Below are positions 39,901-51,900 of a DNA stretch of 64,000 nt, one piece after another. Numbering within the stretch: the first letter of the stretch is position 1; each line of letters starts with the position of its first letter. This DNA comes from Okamejei kenojei (taxonomy: Eukaryota): contig CM069162.1 of the NCBI GenBank assembly GCA_035221665.1, positions 27,032,001-27,096,000 on the forward strand, written 5' to 3'. The notes below the pieces were generated by a model. The model had not been told where the DNA came from and ran no database searches. It saw nothing but the letters and a program-made list of their open reading frames with translations. Position numbers and translations under genes: made by a program.

Positions 39901-42900
39901 CCACAAACCTTCGTGGCTGAGAGAGCCTCAACCATCTCCGTTGCTTCTACTATCCCAGGTGCTTGATGCTGTAGTTCATTTACTCGGTATCCAGTACACA
40001 AGTAGGATTGTGATCAGGAATTTCTTAGGATGTAGTATTAATTCTCCAGCTCCTGCTCTTGGTCAACTGCACATGGTTACCTGCCCTGGTGCCTCTGTCT
40101 GTGGCTTAGTGTCATTTTTAGTTTGAAAATACCTCTGTGATATACTTTATGATAATTTGTCATTTTAAAGACTTTATGTGAATGGAACTTTTTGTTGAAA
40201 TGTCTGTGTAATTGTTTTCTTCTGAAGAAGGGTTTTGGCCCGAAACGTTGCCTATTTCCTTCGCTCCTCAGATGCTGCTGCACCCGCTGAGTTTCACCAG
40301 CAGTTTTGTCTACCTTTAATTGTTTTATTCCCTCAAACTACATATTCTGATTTGAATTTGATATCTTCCGTTTCTCATGCTGCTAAATTGTATTTTGTTG
40401 TCCATTTATTCGACCTTCTTGCACTGTTTCCATTTTCAGGCAATTGAACTCACCATTAAGTATATTTATCACAAAACTTCTGTCCTAATTATTTTCCAGG
40501 TGGTGTCCCGATGAACTGAACCCACCACAAGTTATTCACACTTTGCTGCCATTGCTCTTGGAGACCAGCACTGAAAGTGTGTCTGAAATCTGCTCCACTT
40601 CACTGGAACGTATCCTGGGACCCGCGGAATCCGATGAGTTTCTTGCACGTGTCTACGAGCGACTCATCACCAGCTGCTACAATATAATCGCCCACCACTC
40701 TGACCCTAACAGGTAGCTAAAAGGTTAAAAGTTAGTAAATGACTTTGGATTTTGTAAAATATGAAATCATCAGAATCTATAGTACTAATGGGGTGGCGCA
40801 GCAGTAGAGCCGCTCCCTCACAGCGCCCTGGATCTGGATTTGATCCAGACTACGGGTGCAGTCGGTACGGAGTTCGTACGTTTTCCCTGGGACTGTGGGG
40901 GTTTTCTCCGGGTACTCCGGTCTCCTCCCACACGCCAAGGTATGTAGGTTAATTGGCTACGGTAAAATTGTACAATTGTCCCTAGAGCGTGGGATAGTGT
41001 ATGTGTACGGGGTAATCGCTGGTCGGCATGGGCTCAGTGGGCCGAAGGCCTGATTCCGTGCTGTATCTCTAAAGTCTACAGCACAATTTTATTATAACCA
41101 AGTTAGCTTGTAACCCAGGACTAACAGGTGTTTAGTAATTACAGCTGATTTATCGTCTACAATGCACCCATATTTTTGAAAGTATTGAAAGATAATTAAA
41201 ACTCAAATTTGTTGAATAGTTAGAATGCATTTTCTTTACTGTTAATCAGCAATTTAAACTTTAATATGGATAATTTGGAATGGCAGATTGGTTCAAGTGG
41301 CAATTTTTGAGTCAAAAGATTTTGGATGTTACTGGCTGTTGGATTAAATACATAATCTGGTATTGTATCTAATTGCCATTATTTTTCAGATAATACGTTA
41401 AAAGAAAGCCGTAAATGCTCATTTATACCATCATATTAATTATAGCGAAACAGGAAATTTTCCTGATGCCCAGGCACGTGCCGTCAGGGTAGGCAAGGTA
41501 GGCACTGCCTACCCTGACTAAAATTATAACTTGGTAATAACTAAATATAAATAGTAAAGGCATGGGAGAATTATGCCTATGTAAGAGATCGATCTCTTAG
41601 GTCGGCATAATTCTCCATGCCTTTCATCCGCAGCGCTTGTAACACGGGAAGCTCTGTGCAACCCACGTGCCGTCAGCGCTGCCTGAAGCCGTCAATGACA
41701 ATCGGGGCTGAAGGCAGCAGAAATTCTGCCTTTGCAGCACTGCGCATGTGCATCGGTCTACTGCGCATGCACAGAGCAAGTTTCTTGGCGGGGTTTTCAA
41801 ATATGGTTTGTCAATATTTTAAGTGTATGTTAGGTAACAAAGAGAGAAGAATGGAGCTTGTGTACCAATAATGCTGTAAGTACATTTTGTGTTTATGTTT
41901 TTAAATACTGTATTCCCGGGGTGTGGGGGGGGGGGGGGGGGGGGGGGGGAAGAGCTCCTTTGACAGTGTTTGAGGAGTCTGGCCCGGGATAAGGTTGCGG
42001 GGAGGGCACGAATGTTATGAATGAGGGGATTGGGATAATGCCACTTGCGACGCTCCTTGCACGGAGGCGTGGAATGCCACCGCATTGAGGCCGGGGGGGG
42101 GGGGGGGGAGAGATGTAGCTCGGGTGGTTGAGCGGCCGCCGGGCCGGACAGCGGAACCAGCCGCCACCTTAGCTTCTTCTGCCGGTCCCCGCTCACCTCT
42201 GGCAGCTCTCCGTCTACAAACCACTCTCCTGCCTATCGCTGGCCTCACTCATGTCCTTAAATTCCGACAGCGCGATTGAGGTTACTCGGCTGTGGGAATT
42301 TAAGGATTTACAGGAAGCTGCTGACATGAGCGAAGTCGGCGAACGGCGGGTGACAGGTGTTCCGACGGAGAGCACTGTCAAAGGTGAGCGGGCCGGCAGA
42401 AGGCGCTGAAGTGGCGGCCAGTTCTGCTGTCGGGTACCGGCGGCCGCTCGTAGCTACCCGAGCAGCTTCTATCCCCAGCTACAGTGCGGGGGCTTCATGC
42501 CCGGAGAGCTGCGGCAGCGGTGAGTGAGTACGTTTCTGGCATTATCCCAGATACCCTCCTTGTCAACACTCGTACCCTCCCCAAAACTTTACCCCTGACA
42601 CAGACTCTCTACATGCTGTGAAAGGAACTGTTCCCCCAATTGGTCTAGGACTAGGGCAAAATTGACTAGCCTTGGGCAAATTGAAATGTCACCGTTTTTA
42701 TTTATTTATTTATTTAACGGAGCGAACAATCTGCGCATGCGCGGTTTAATTTTTTTTTAGTGGACTGAGTGCCTACCCTGAGTAATTACTCACGGCACGT
42801 GCCTGCTGATGCCCTAACCAACATTCATCCCACTCAGTTAATCAATATCACTAAAAGAATTGACTGGCTATCCATTATTTTGTTTCCTTGGACTAAGTAA

Positions 42901-45900
42901 ACCAAATTGTGCAAGTTTATCTAAGCACTTCAAAAGGAAGAAATTGCCAGTGAAGCTAAGTCGTACTGAGGGCATGAAAGATAAGTTCTTTGAACTTTGT
43001 TTAGTTTTTATGTTTCAAATTGGGGAAATCCTATTAAGTACTTGATAACTGCTTTAGCATAATGGAAGTGATGACTCAAGAGTTTTAAAATTGCTTGGGA
43101 TTGGATACCTCAAAACAACATAACATCAATCCAGCAGAAGTGACTGTTCCGTTTCTTTTTGATCCCAGTCCTAATTATTATAAATATTTTAAACCAAGCA
43201 CTGAATATGCAGAACTACAATAAATGATTGGTGAAAATGTGCTGTCTGGTTCACAGTTCAGTTGCAGTGTACAGATCAGGTTCTAAATAGTACAATGAAT
43301 CAGGATCTCCGATCCCATTCAATCTGGTGCTCACCAGTATTGCTTGCATTTTTTCTCCAGCTCCCCCTCACCCCTTCCCCCCCCCCCCCCCCCCCCCCGC
43401 CCTCCTACTCAAGTCAGTTTGAAGAAGGGTCCTGACCAAAAGTGTCACCTATCCATATCCACCACAGATGCTACCTGACCCACTGAGTGACTCTGGCACT
43501 TTGTGTTTTGTTTTGTAAACCAGCATCTGCAGTTCCTTGTTTCTCTAACTTGTATCCATTGCTTGGATATGCACAGAAAATTATTCAATCATTCTCATAT
43601 TTTAAGATTTACTGCTTTTAGTTGAGCATATTCATTATTTATGAGCATAAATGCGAAAGTTAAATTTTCCCATTTGGGCAACAATTTAATAACGTGTTTG
43701 GATTGGAAAGAATTTAGAACTTTTGACAGAATACTTTGCCATGCTTTAATGGAGCAAAATCGTCTTCATTAATGTGCCACTCTTTCCATCTCCACAGTGG
43801 TCTAGATGAGACTATCTTAGAGGAGTGCTTGCAATACCTGGAGAAGCAACTGGAGAGCAGTCAGGCACGTAATGCCATGGAGGAGTTCTTCTCTGAACGG
43901 TAAGAGGAGGATCCTGTGAACTGCAAATTAAATATAAACTCTACAAATTGGGAATGAGAAGAGTGTTGGATTAAGCCTAAGTTCTGTGTTAATTCATTGT
44001 TTTGAAGTCCCTTTCAGTGGACCATTCCTGTCTCCGCGATTTACTCAATTTTCCCCATCTTCCTTGAATTGGCTGGGTCAGGGTTTTTCTCTATTGCACT
44101 GTATCTACAAATGTCATGTTTTAAATCTTTCAATTTAAAGAACCATTTATTGATCCCAGTAAACATAAAACTAACAGCATGCTGTAACTTCTTTTCTCTT
44201 TGTTTTTGTTACTTAATCAATATTTGGCAGAACAGAAAACGACAATCAGATTTAAAAAAAAATTATGTTCTAAAGCAATGAATCCCATTAACATGTTTTC
44301 ATGGTGAGTGTTGCCTCTGTCTACCTCCTCCATTAGTTTTATTCATTATTCTAAACAACATTAGGTGTTGAACATTAGGATTGGATAGACGGCGTATCCA
44401 TGTTCTCCAGAAATTCAGCCTGACACGCTGAGTTACTCCAGCACTTTGTCTTTTTTTGTAAAGCAGCATCTGCATTCCATGTTTCAACATTAGGCATGTT
44501 CATTGACCCATAGAAATACAGCACCACTGGGGATCCTTTTTTATTTTCATAAAAAGCATTTATTGGCTTTTGATACTCAAGACTTTGAAGAAGGTTTAGA
44601 AATACAAAATAATCAGGTGGAATTTTTGGCCTGAGTAACAGCATGATTTATCTTTGACAAAGTCTGCTGCCCATTTTGACTCCGTTTATCAGCATTAGTG
44701 CCTGTCTTCCTCTTTCTTGCAGTGGGGAGCTGGTACAGATCATGATGGCAACAGCTAATGAGAACCTTTCGGCAAAATTCTGTAACAGAGTGCTGAAGTT
44801 TTTCACAAAGCTCTTCCAGCTTGGTAAGTAGTAACAAGCAGTGGTAAGAGCGAATGCATATTTCCAGTGCTTCCTTTGTAGATGCCCAGATGCCGGTATG
44901 CATATTGTTTCTTGGTGTTGGTGTCTATGGCAGATCGCCGTCCTATAAGCTGTTTAAGCTCTTTAAGGGCCTGACTGCCAAATTTAAATAATACATTTTA
45001 TTTTTTAAACTTCAGTAATCTTTCTGTGATATAAAAAAATTGAAATCTTTGAAAACTGCATACTATCACCAAAAAAAGGCACTGCATATTTCTAATCTGA
45101 TAATAATGCTGTGAGAACATCTGGGCACACTTAACTTCTTTGAACCCTTGGTTTTTATTTGATTAATAGTTGGATTCGGATCTGTGCGGGGTGAGAAGCA
45201 GCTTAGTTTAGAAATGTGCTGGTAAACCAAGACCGTAAAGAACTGAATATTTTGTCGTTATACCAATTCAACCATCTGTCATGGTTAAAATGTGGAGTGG
45301 TGGTTTCTGTGATACCATTTAATTTTTATTTTGCCATTGCGGGCTATGGAATTCTGCAGGGAATTGTACACTGCCATTTGAGATGGAATTGTGTTCTTTC
45401 TATGCAAAGTAATGTATAATTTACAAAATAATCGGCCTCTGTTTTACGTCTATTAAAATGTTCAAACTTCATATTGGTAACTTTTGAATTTGAACTGAGT
45501 AGTTAGATTTCAAGTGGGCTTTTTGAGGTTTGGGATTGGTGGCACTCATCAAGATTCCCAGCTCTGCTGTACAACGTCCTGTTATTGTTCTCACAGCTGC
45601 TTTTCCGTCCTTTGCTGTTGGCAATTTAAGGATTTGTAAGGTTGTTCTATTTTTTCTTTCATTAACATTGCGGCAATGGGAATAGAATTGATCATTGCCT
45701 TAGCATAGAATTAGACTTATTGGCCTAACTCATCCATGCCAACCAAATCGCCTAACTGAACTATTCTCACTTAACTGTGGCTGGCCCATATCCCTCCAAA
45801 CCTTTCCTACCCAAGTACTTGTGTACGTGTCTTTAAAGGTCATTATTGTATTGAATTGCACTCTCCCACTCCCTCCCACAGCTCATAGCTTGTTCCATAT

Positions 45901-48900
45901 ACATACCATTGTCTGTGTTCATGGATGCCTCTCCGGTCCCTTTTTAAATCTTTCCTCTCTCACTGTAAACCTATGCCTTCTTGTTTTAGATTCCCCTATC
46001 GCCGTTCTCTAGAGATGCTGCCTGACCTGCTAAGTTACTGCAGCACTTTGTGTCTGGCATTATGTTTGCCTTGCTTTAGCCAGGAAGATATAATAAATTG
46101 GTATATTGTTCCCGATTATTCTTGTGAAGTTATTTGTAAACAGTTTTCTTCCATCTACTTTCAAGAATGTTCAATTAGAGTATTTAGTTAGCTCTACACG
46201 TGGTCAAAAGAATATTGATAAACGTGGAGCACATCTCAGAACATTTGGAAGAGGATGCATTGACTTGCTTTCCCTGTTTCAGCGGAGAAGAGCCCAAACC
46301 CAAGTCTCCTATGTTTGTGTGGCTCATTTGCACAGCTGGCTTGTGTTGAACACAGCCGCTTACAAGCCTGGCTGACAAGAATGACCCAAGCACCCCCAAA
46401 AGACTCTGACCAACTGGAGGTGGTGCAAGAAAACAGACAACTTTTGCAGCTTCTGACTGCATGCATCGTTCGAGAAAACAGGTACTTTGTAGCTGAGCCC
46501 TAGGGAATGATTCAACAGCAAAGGCTGTGCTAAAGTTACTTCTCATTTTGCAGAAAAGGTGTAGTAAGAATATGGCTGAAAATAATGAGTGCAGGCACTC
46601 CCTGAAAATATAAATGATGGTCTAGTTACAGTAAATGAAAAGGATTCATGTTGCTAATTTGTACTGCCCTGCAGCAATCAAACAGATATCATTAGAATCA
46701 ATGGAAGATGGGTCTCGACCCGAAATGTCACGCATTCCTTCTCTCCAGAGATGCTGCCTGTCCCGCTGAGTTACTCCAGCATTTTGTGTCTATCTTCATT
46801 GGAATCTAACATCTGTTAAGAATGCAGCGGCTGGTTTGCTGCAGGAGGTCACTTAAGAGATTTACTTTGGAAATTGACAAGGCAAATCTCTTATTGACAT
46901 GTAAAATATTCTGCTAAACAGTGTAACATCCATTGGTACTTTCAGGTAATTGAAAATAGCCAATAGATGTGGGATAACCTGATTCTGTGCTACACAGGAA
47001 GACAATCTATAAATGTTCATGCTAATTGACCCTCATTGACATTGTCCATTTCAGACGTGTAATAAGCAATTTACAATGATTTCTTAGAAACGGAAACCCT
47101 TGCAAAACCTCAGGATTGCCTGCTGTTATATGCTTGAGGTATTATGAGTGGATAATATCAAGTGGTAAACTTGATGCTAATTTGTTGCCGTCCGCTCTTC
47201 AGCCAGGTTGGAGAAGGTGTTTGCACGGTGCTACTCAACACGCTTATTCCCATGGCAACAGAGATGTTGTCCAACGGTGATGGAACGGGATTCCCGGAGC
47301 TGATGGTTGTTATGGCAACACTGGCCAGCGCTGGGCAGGGAGGAGGACACTTGCAGCTTCACCGTGCAGCGGTGGACTGGTTAGGGAAGTGGTGAGTACC
47401 ACAGGATCATTCGCTGGGTTATTGCCGTTAATGAGCCCGCAAAAGGGGATTAGGGTTCAAGGACAAGTCCACACGAAAGGATGTTGGCTCGAACTTTAAT
47501 TAAAGAATTTTGGGGGAAAATGTTGGATAGTTAACAATTGGGGTAACATCTGGAAGGATTTGGGCAATATTTACAGTACAGTTTGTCACATTCCATTTCT
47601 CTGATAAAATGGCATTCTTTCTTTTTCAGTAAGAAATATCTCTCCCAAAAGAATGTTCTCGAGAAAGTGGGAGCAAATGTAACACAGGGGAAGGTAAGGT
47701 TGCTTGTGGGAATAAGTGTGGTGAAGTTTGTGTATTGAAAGTAATCCCAATATTTGCGGAGATTTTGTTTTGAAATCCTGTCTCTTCTGGAATTTCCCCT
47801 GAGTAATGATACGTGGGGTGGAGCATATATTAAGATGCAGATGGGGCTCCTGTGTTGTAGAGTTTGCTTGTACTCAGGTGGTTTGACAATTCCTTTTGAT
47901 GCTGGGTTTAACCTTTGCCATGCAGCATGTTGGTATGCTTGACTGTGCCTGCCATATCATGACTTATCTCGCCGATGTCATGAATGCCATGAGACAGGGC
48001 AGTGGGCAGGGATCAACACACGTACTGGTGGATGGTGAAGAAAGGGCGATTGAGGTTGATTCTGATTGGGTTGAAGACCTGGCTGTGGAAGAAGAGGACT
48101 CACAAGCAGAGGACTCGGTGAGTAGTTTGGCTAACTTGCTGGAGAATTGTAAAGTATGATATAATAATGTCATGTAAACTGACAATGTTTTATCACAAAA
48201 GCAATCATTGGAATATTCTTTGTTCAAGGATGAAGATTCCTTGTGTAACAAGCTGTGCACATTCACAATAACACAGAAGGAATTCATGAACCAGCATTGG
48301 TGAGTGCATTGGCCTTGTATTATCTAAGATCTTCTTCTTATCGAGTCCACACACAAGATTAGAAGTTGTTCAGCCAGAACTGAACACACTTCTCGGCACC
48401 TGCATACCTTCTGAATCCTTCTGAATTTTGTAGTCGGCAGGGCAGTACTCTGCATATCGCCAACATGGACAATTTTACATATTTATCAAGCCAATTAACC
48501 TACAAACCTGTACGTCTTTGGAGTGTGGGAGGAAACCGAAGATCGCGGAGAAAACCCACGCAGATCACGGGGAGAACGTACAAACTCCATACAGACAGCG
48601 CCCATAGTCAGGATTGACTTTTGCATTGTGCTGTAAGGCAGCAACTCTACCGCTGTGCCATCCTGACTGCACGGTTCATGCACTTGTGTGTGGTGGTGGA
48701 CAGATTGGTGAAAACAGGGCCGCGACGTGAATGCTTTTCCTTGACACCATTATCTTAGATGATTGTTGCATTGTATTTTAGTGTGCAGAATATTCATAGA
48801 TTAGATTCATGGCACAGCACAGAAACAGGCCCTATAGCCAAATGCATACTAATTGACCAAGATCCGATCAACACTGATCCGAAGGGCTGAGATTGTCCTC

Positions 48901-51900
48901 TGTCCCTACCATCCATCTATGTTCCTGTCCGAAGTCTTTTCAATGTTGCAATTGTACATACCTCTGCCATCTCCTCTGGCAGCTTGTTTAAAAGTTGGTG
49001 AAAAGTTGTTTCTGTCACTGTGGTACAAGAAGTCATTCACGTAGGAACGGAAACTAAACCTATGAGTTCAAAGTTCTGCACAATGTACAAATTATTTAAA
49101 TTGTAGACTTATTGAAACATCAAAACTGCTGTAAAATAATGAAAGCTGGGAATTAAGTCCATTCTTGGATGAGGAAGATAAAAATGGACACAATCTGACT
49201 TCTTGTTTCAGGTATCACTGCCACACTTGTAAAATGGTGGAAGGGGTAGGTGTTTGTACCATTTGTGCAAAGGTCTGTCACAAAGATCATGAGATTTCTT
49301 ATGCCAAGTATGGATCGTTCTTCTGTGATTGTGGCGCAAAGGAAGATGGGAGTTGTCAGGTATGTAGTAAATAATGTTTATATTGAAGGGTAGTAGGAAA
49401 CTAAGTTGGTGTATTACAGATACAAGGTACTGCAAATACTGGTTTACAATAGATAAGACCCAAAGTGCTGTAGTTACTCAACGGGTCAGGCACTATCTCT
49501 GGAGAACACAGTTAGGCGACGTTTCGGGTCAGCTCTGAAGAAAGGCCCGAAACATTGCCTCTCTATATTCTCCGGAGATGTTGCCTGATATGTTGAGTTA
49601 CTCCAGCACTTTGTGGGTTTTTTTGTATTACAGAGCTTGCTATTAGTATTTCTGGTGAATAAATGTGATAGATAATTTTAAGAGCTTTTCCTGTGCATTT
49701 CCTTACTAATGTCTTTAAAACTAATGTTATTTCCACAAACTGATCTGTGGACTCAGAACCTCACTTTTGTCCGAAGGATTGAATGCCACAGGTCCTTTGA
49801 AGGTTAAGGCTCACAAATAAATTATACACGTTTATCTGACGACAACAACCTGAAAGGGAATTCAAGATCTATAGTTGACTCAGTCTCTGCATTGGGAAAC
49901 TAACCAAGAGGCACAAAGCTGGATTATATTTGAATTAATGTGGGAAAATTGAATTTTCATGGTTACTCTCGTGTCAATTTGCATGCTGTTAGCTGAAATG
50001 ATGTTTTAGGAGAGGGTGAAGTACAGAAGGATGGTGGGATCATGTTGAAGGTAGAGGACAGGAAGGTGACCGTATACCTGATTTAAGCAAGGTTCAAGAG
50101 GGCAGACATAGAGGCAAGGAAATCATTCAACAACAAGAGAATATGTCGAAGAAAAGTATTGAGGAAAAAACTAACTGTGGGGTGTTGAAGATAATGAAGG
50201 GGATTGGTTATCATATTACTGAGGCTTGCACCATAAAAAGGTTGCTCACAGTTGAGGGGTTGTTTGTTAATATTCCCAGTCACCGTCCTTATTGATTCTT
50301 CCTCAACCGATTTTTATTTACATTTGGGTTCTTCAAGACATTTCTCAATACCATTTGCAACTTGCTTTCACATCATGTCAATCGTTTCAGAATCTGGAGA
50401 ATCATGCAGTGCGCGCAGGGTTCTGTTGAGGAGAAGGAGCTTTATCAGTCATGTCATTGTTCTGCCATAAGGTGGTGACCTGTCTAAATACTCTTCAGAC
50501 TAACTGGTACGATCTAGTTCTCTGGTGAATGACTAATGAGAATATAATTAATTTTCTTCAGCATTGTCTCCAGTCTTTCTTCCAGGGGATTGGTTATCAT
50601 ATTACTGAGGATTGCACCATAAAAAGGTCGCTCACAGTTGAGGGGTTGTTTGTTAAAATGCCCAAAGAGCATAATTGGAAACTTTTATATTGTTTTCAAT
50701 ACATTTGGGGTGCAGAGAGCTTTTGGGCTAAATAAAACTTTAAAACACCTTGCATCTTGAAGACCTGTGATATTTATATAGCGCAGCTCGCAATTATGAA
50801 TATAGATAAGGAATATACAAAGTTCTGGAGTAGCTCAGCGGGTCAGGAGAATCTCTGGAGGAAATGGAGAGGTGACGTTTCGGGTCAGGACCCTTCTACA
50901 GATAGATAGGTGACATTTCACGCTAGGACCCTTCTTCAGACTGATTTGGAGGAGGGGAGAAAGCTGGAAAAGAGGTGTTGGCAGGACAAGGTCTGGCAAG
51001 GGGTGAGGAGGATTTAATTGGTGGATGGGTGGAGTATGTAACAGAGGGCAGAGATGGAAAGGAGACTAAAGGGTTTCAGATAAGGAGAGAATAGATACCA
51101 ATACTGATAAAGTTCTGTCTGAAAAAGGGCCCTGCCCCGAAACATCGCCTATCCGCATCCTCCAAAGATGCTGCCTGATTCGCTGAATTACTCCAGCATT
51201 TAGTTTTTTTTGTGTGCCAACCAACATCTGCTGTTCCTTGTGTTTACAAGAACACAGATAAGATTGAATAGTGAGAGCCACTTGTTGGTTGGGGGGGGCG
51301 GGGGACGTTAGGCAGGCAATTTGAAGATAACATTTAAATTATTTGTGTGGGTCTAAGGGCAGATGTTTAATATAATTTCCACAGGCTTTGGTAAAGCGGA
51401 GTCCAAGCAGTGGAATCAGCTCCTCCATGAAGGAATCATCTGCCTTCCAGAACGAACCGCGTGTCCCAGAGAGTGCCCTGCGACATCAGAGCTCGTCTCC
51501 AGCAGATAAATGCAAGATGATGAGTGCAGATGGCAAGACCTGCGAGGATGACAAGCCAAAGAAGAGCACCTTGTGCAAACAGATTCAGGGCTGCAGGGAG
51601 GAGCTGCAGACCCAGGTGGTGAGTACTGATGAATGAACTGAAAGAGGTTCAAATCTCATTCATGCAGCACAATTTATTGGTCAAGCAGTGGCAATTGCTG
51701 GTGGCCGTCTGGTTTTTACAGGCCATTCCTGGAGTTATAGACTCATCCAGCGCGAAAACATGCCCTTTGGCCCAACTCATCTATGCCGACCAAAATGCCC
51801 CATCTAACCTAGTCCTATTTACTTGTGTTTAGTCCATATCCCTCTAAACCTTTCCTATCCACATATGTATCCAAATGGCCTTTGAATGTTGATATTGTAC

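Noticed and set aside
41617-42279. GC-rich ORFs inside the hAT element as a possible transposase
   Set aside because: Low-complexity Pro/Arg/Gly translations with no BED finger, DDE or dimerisation motif.
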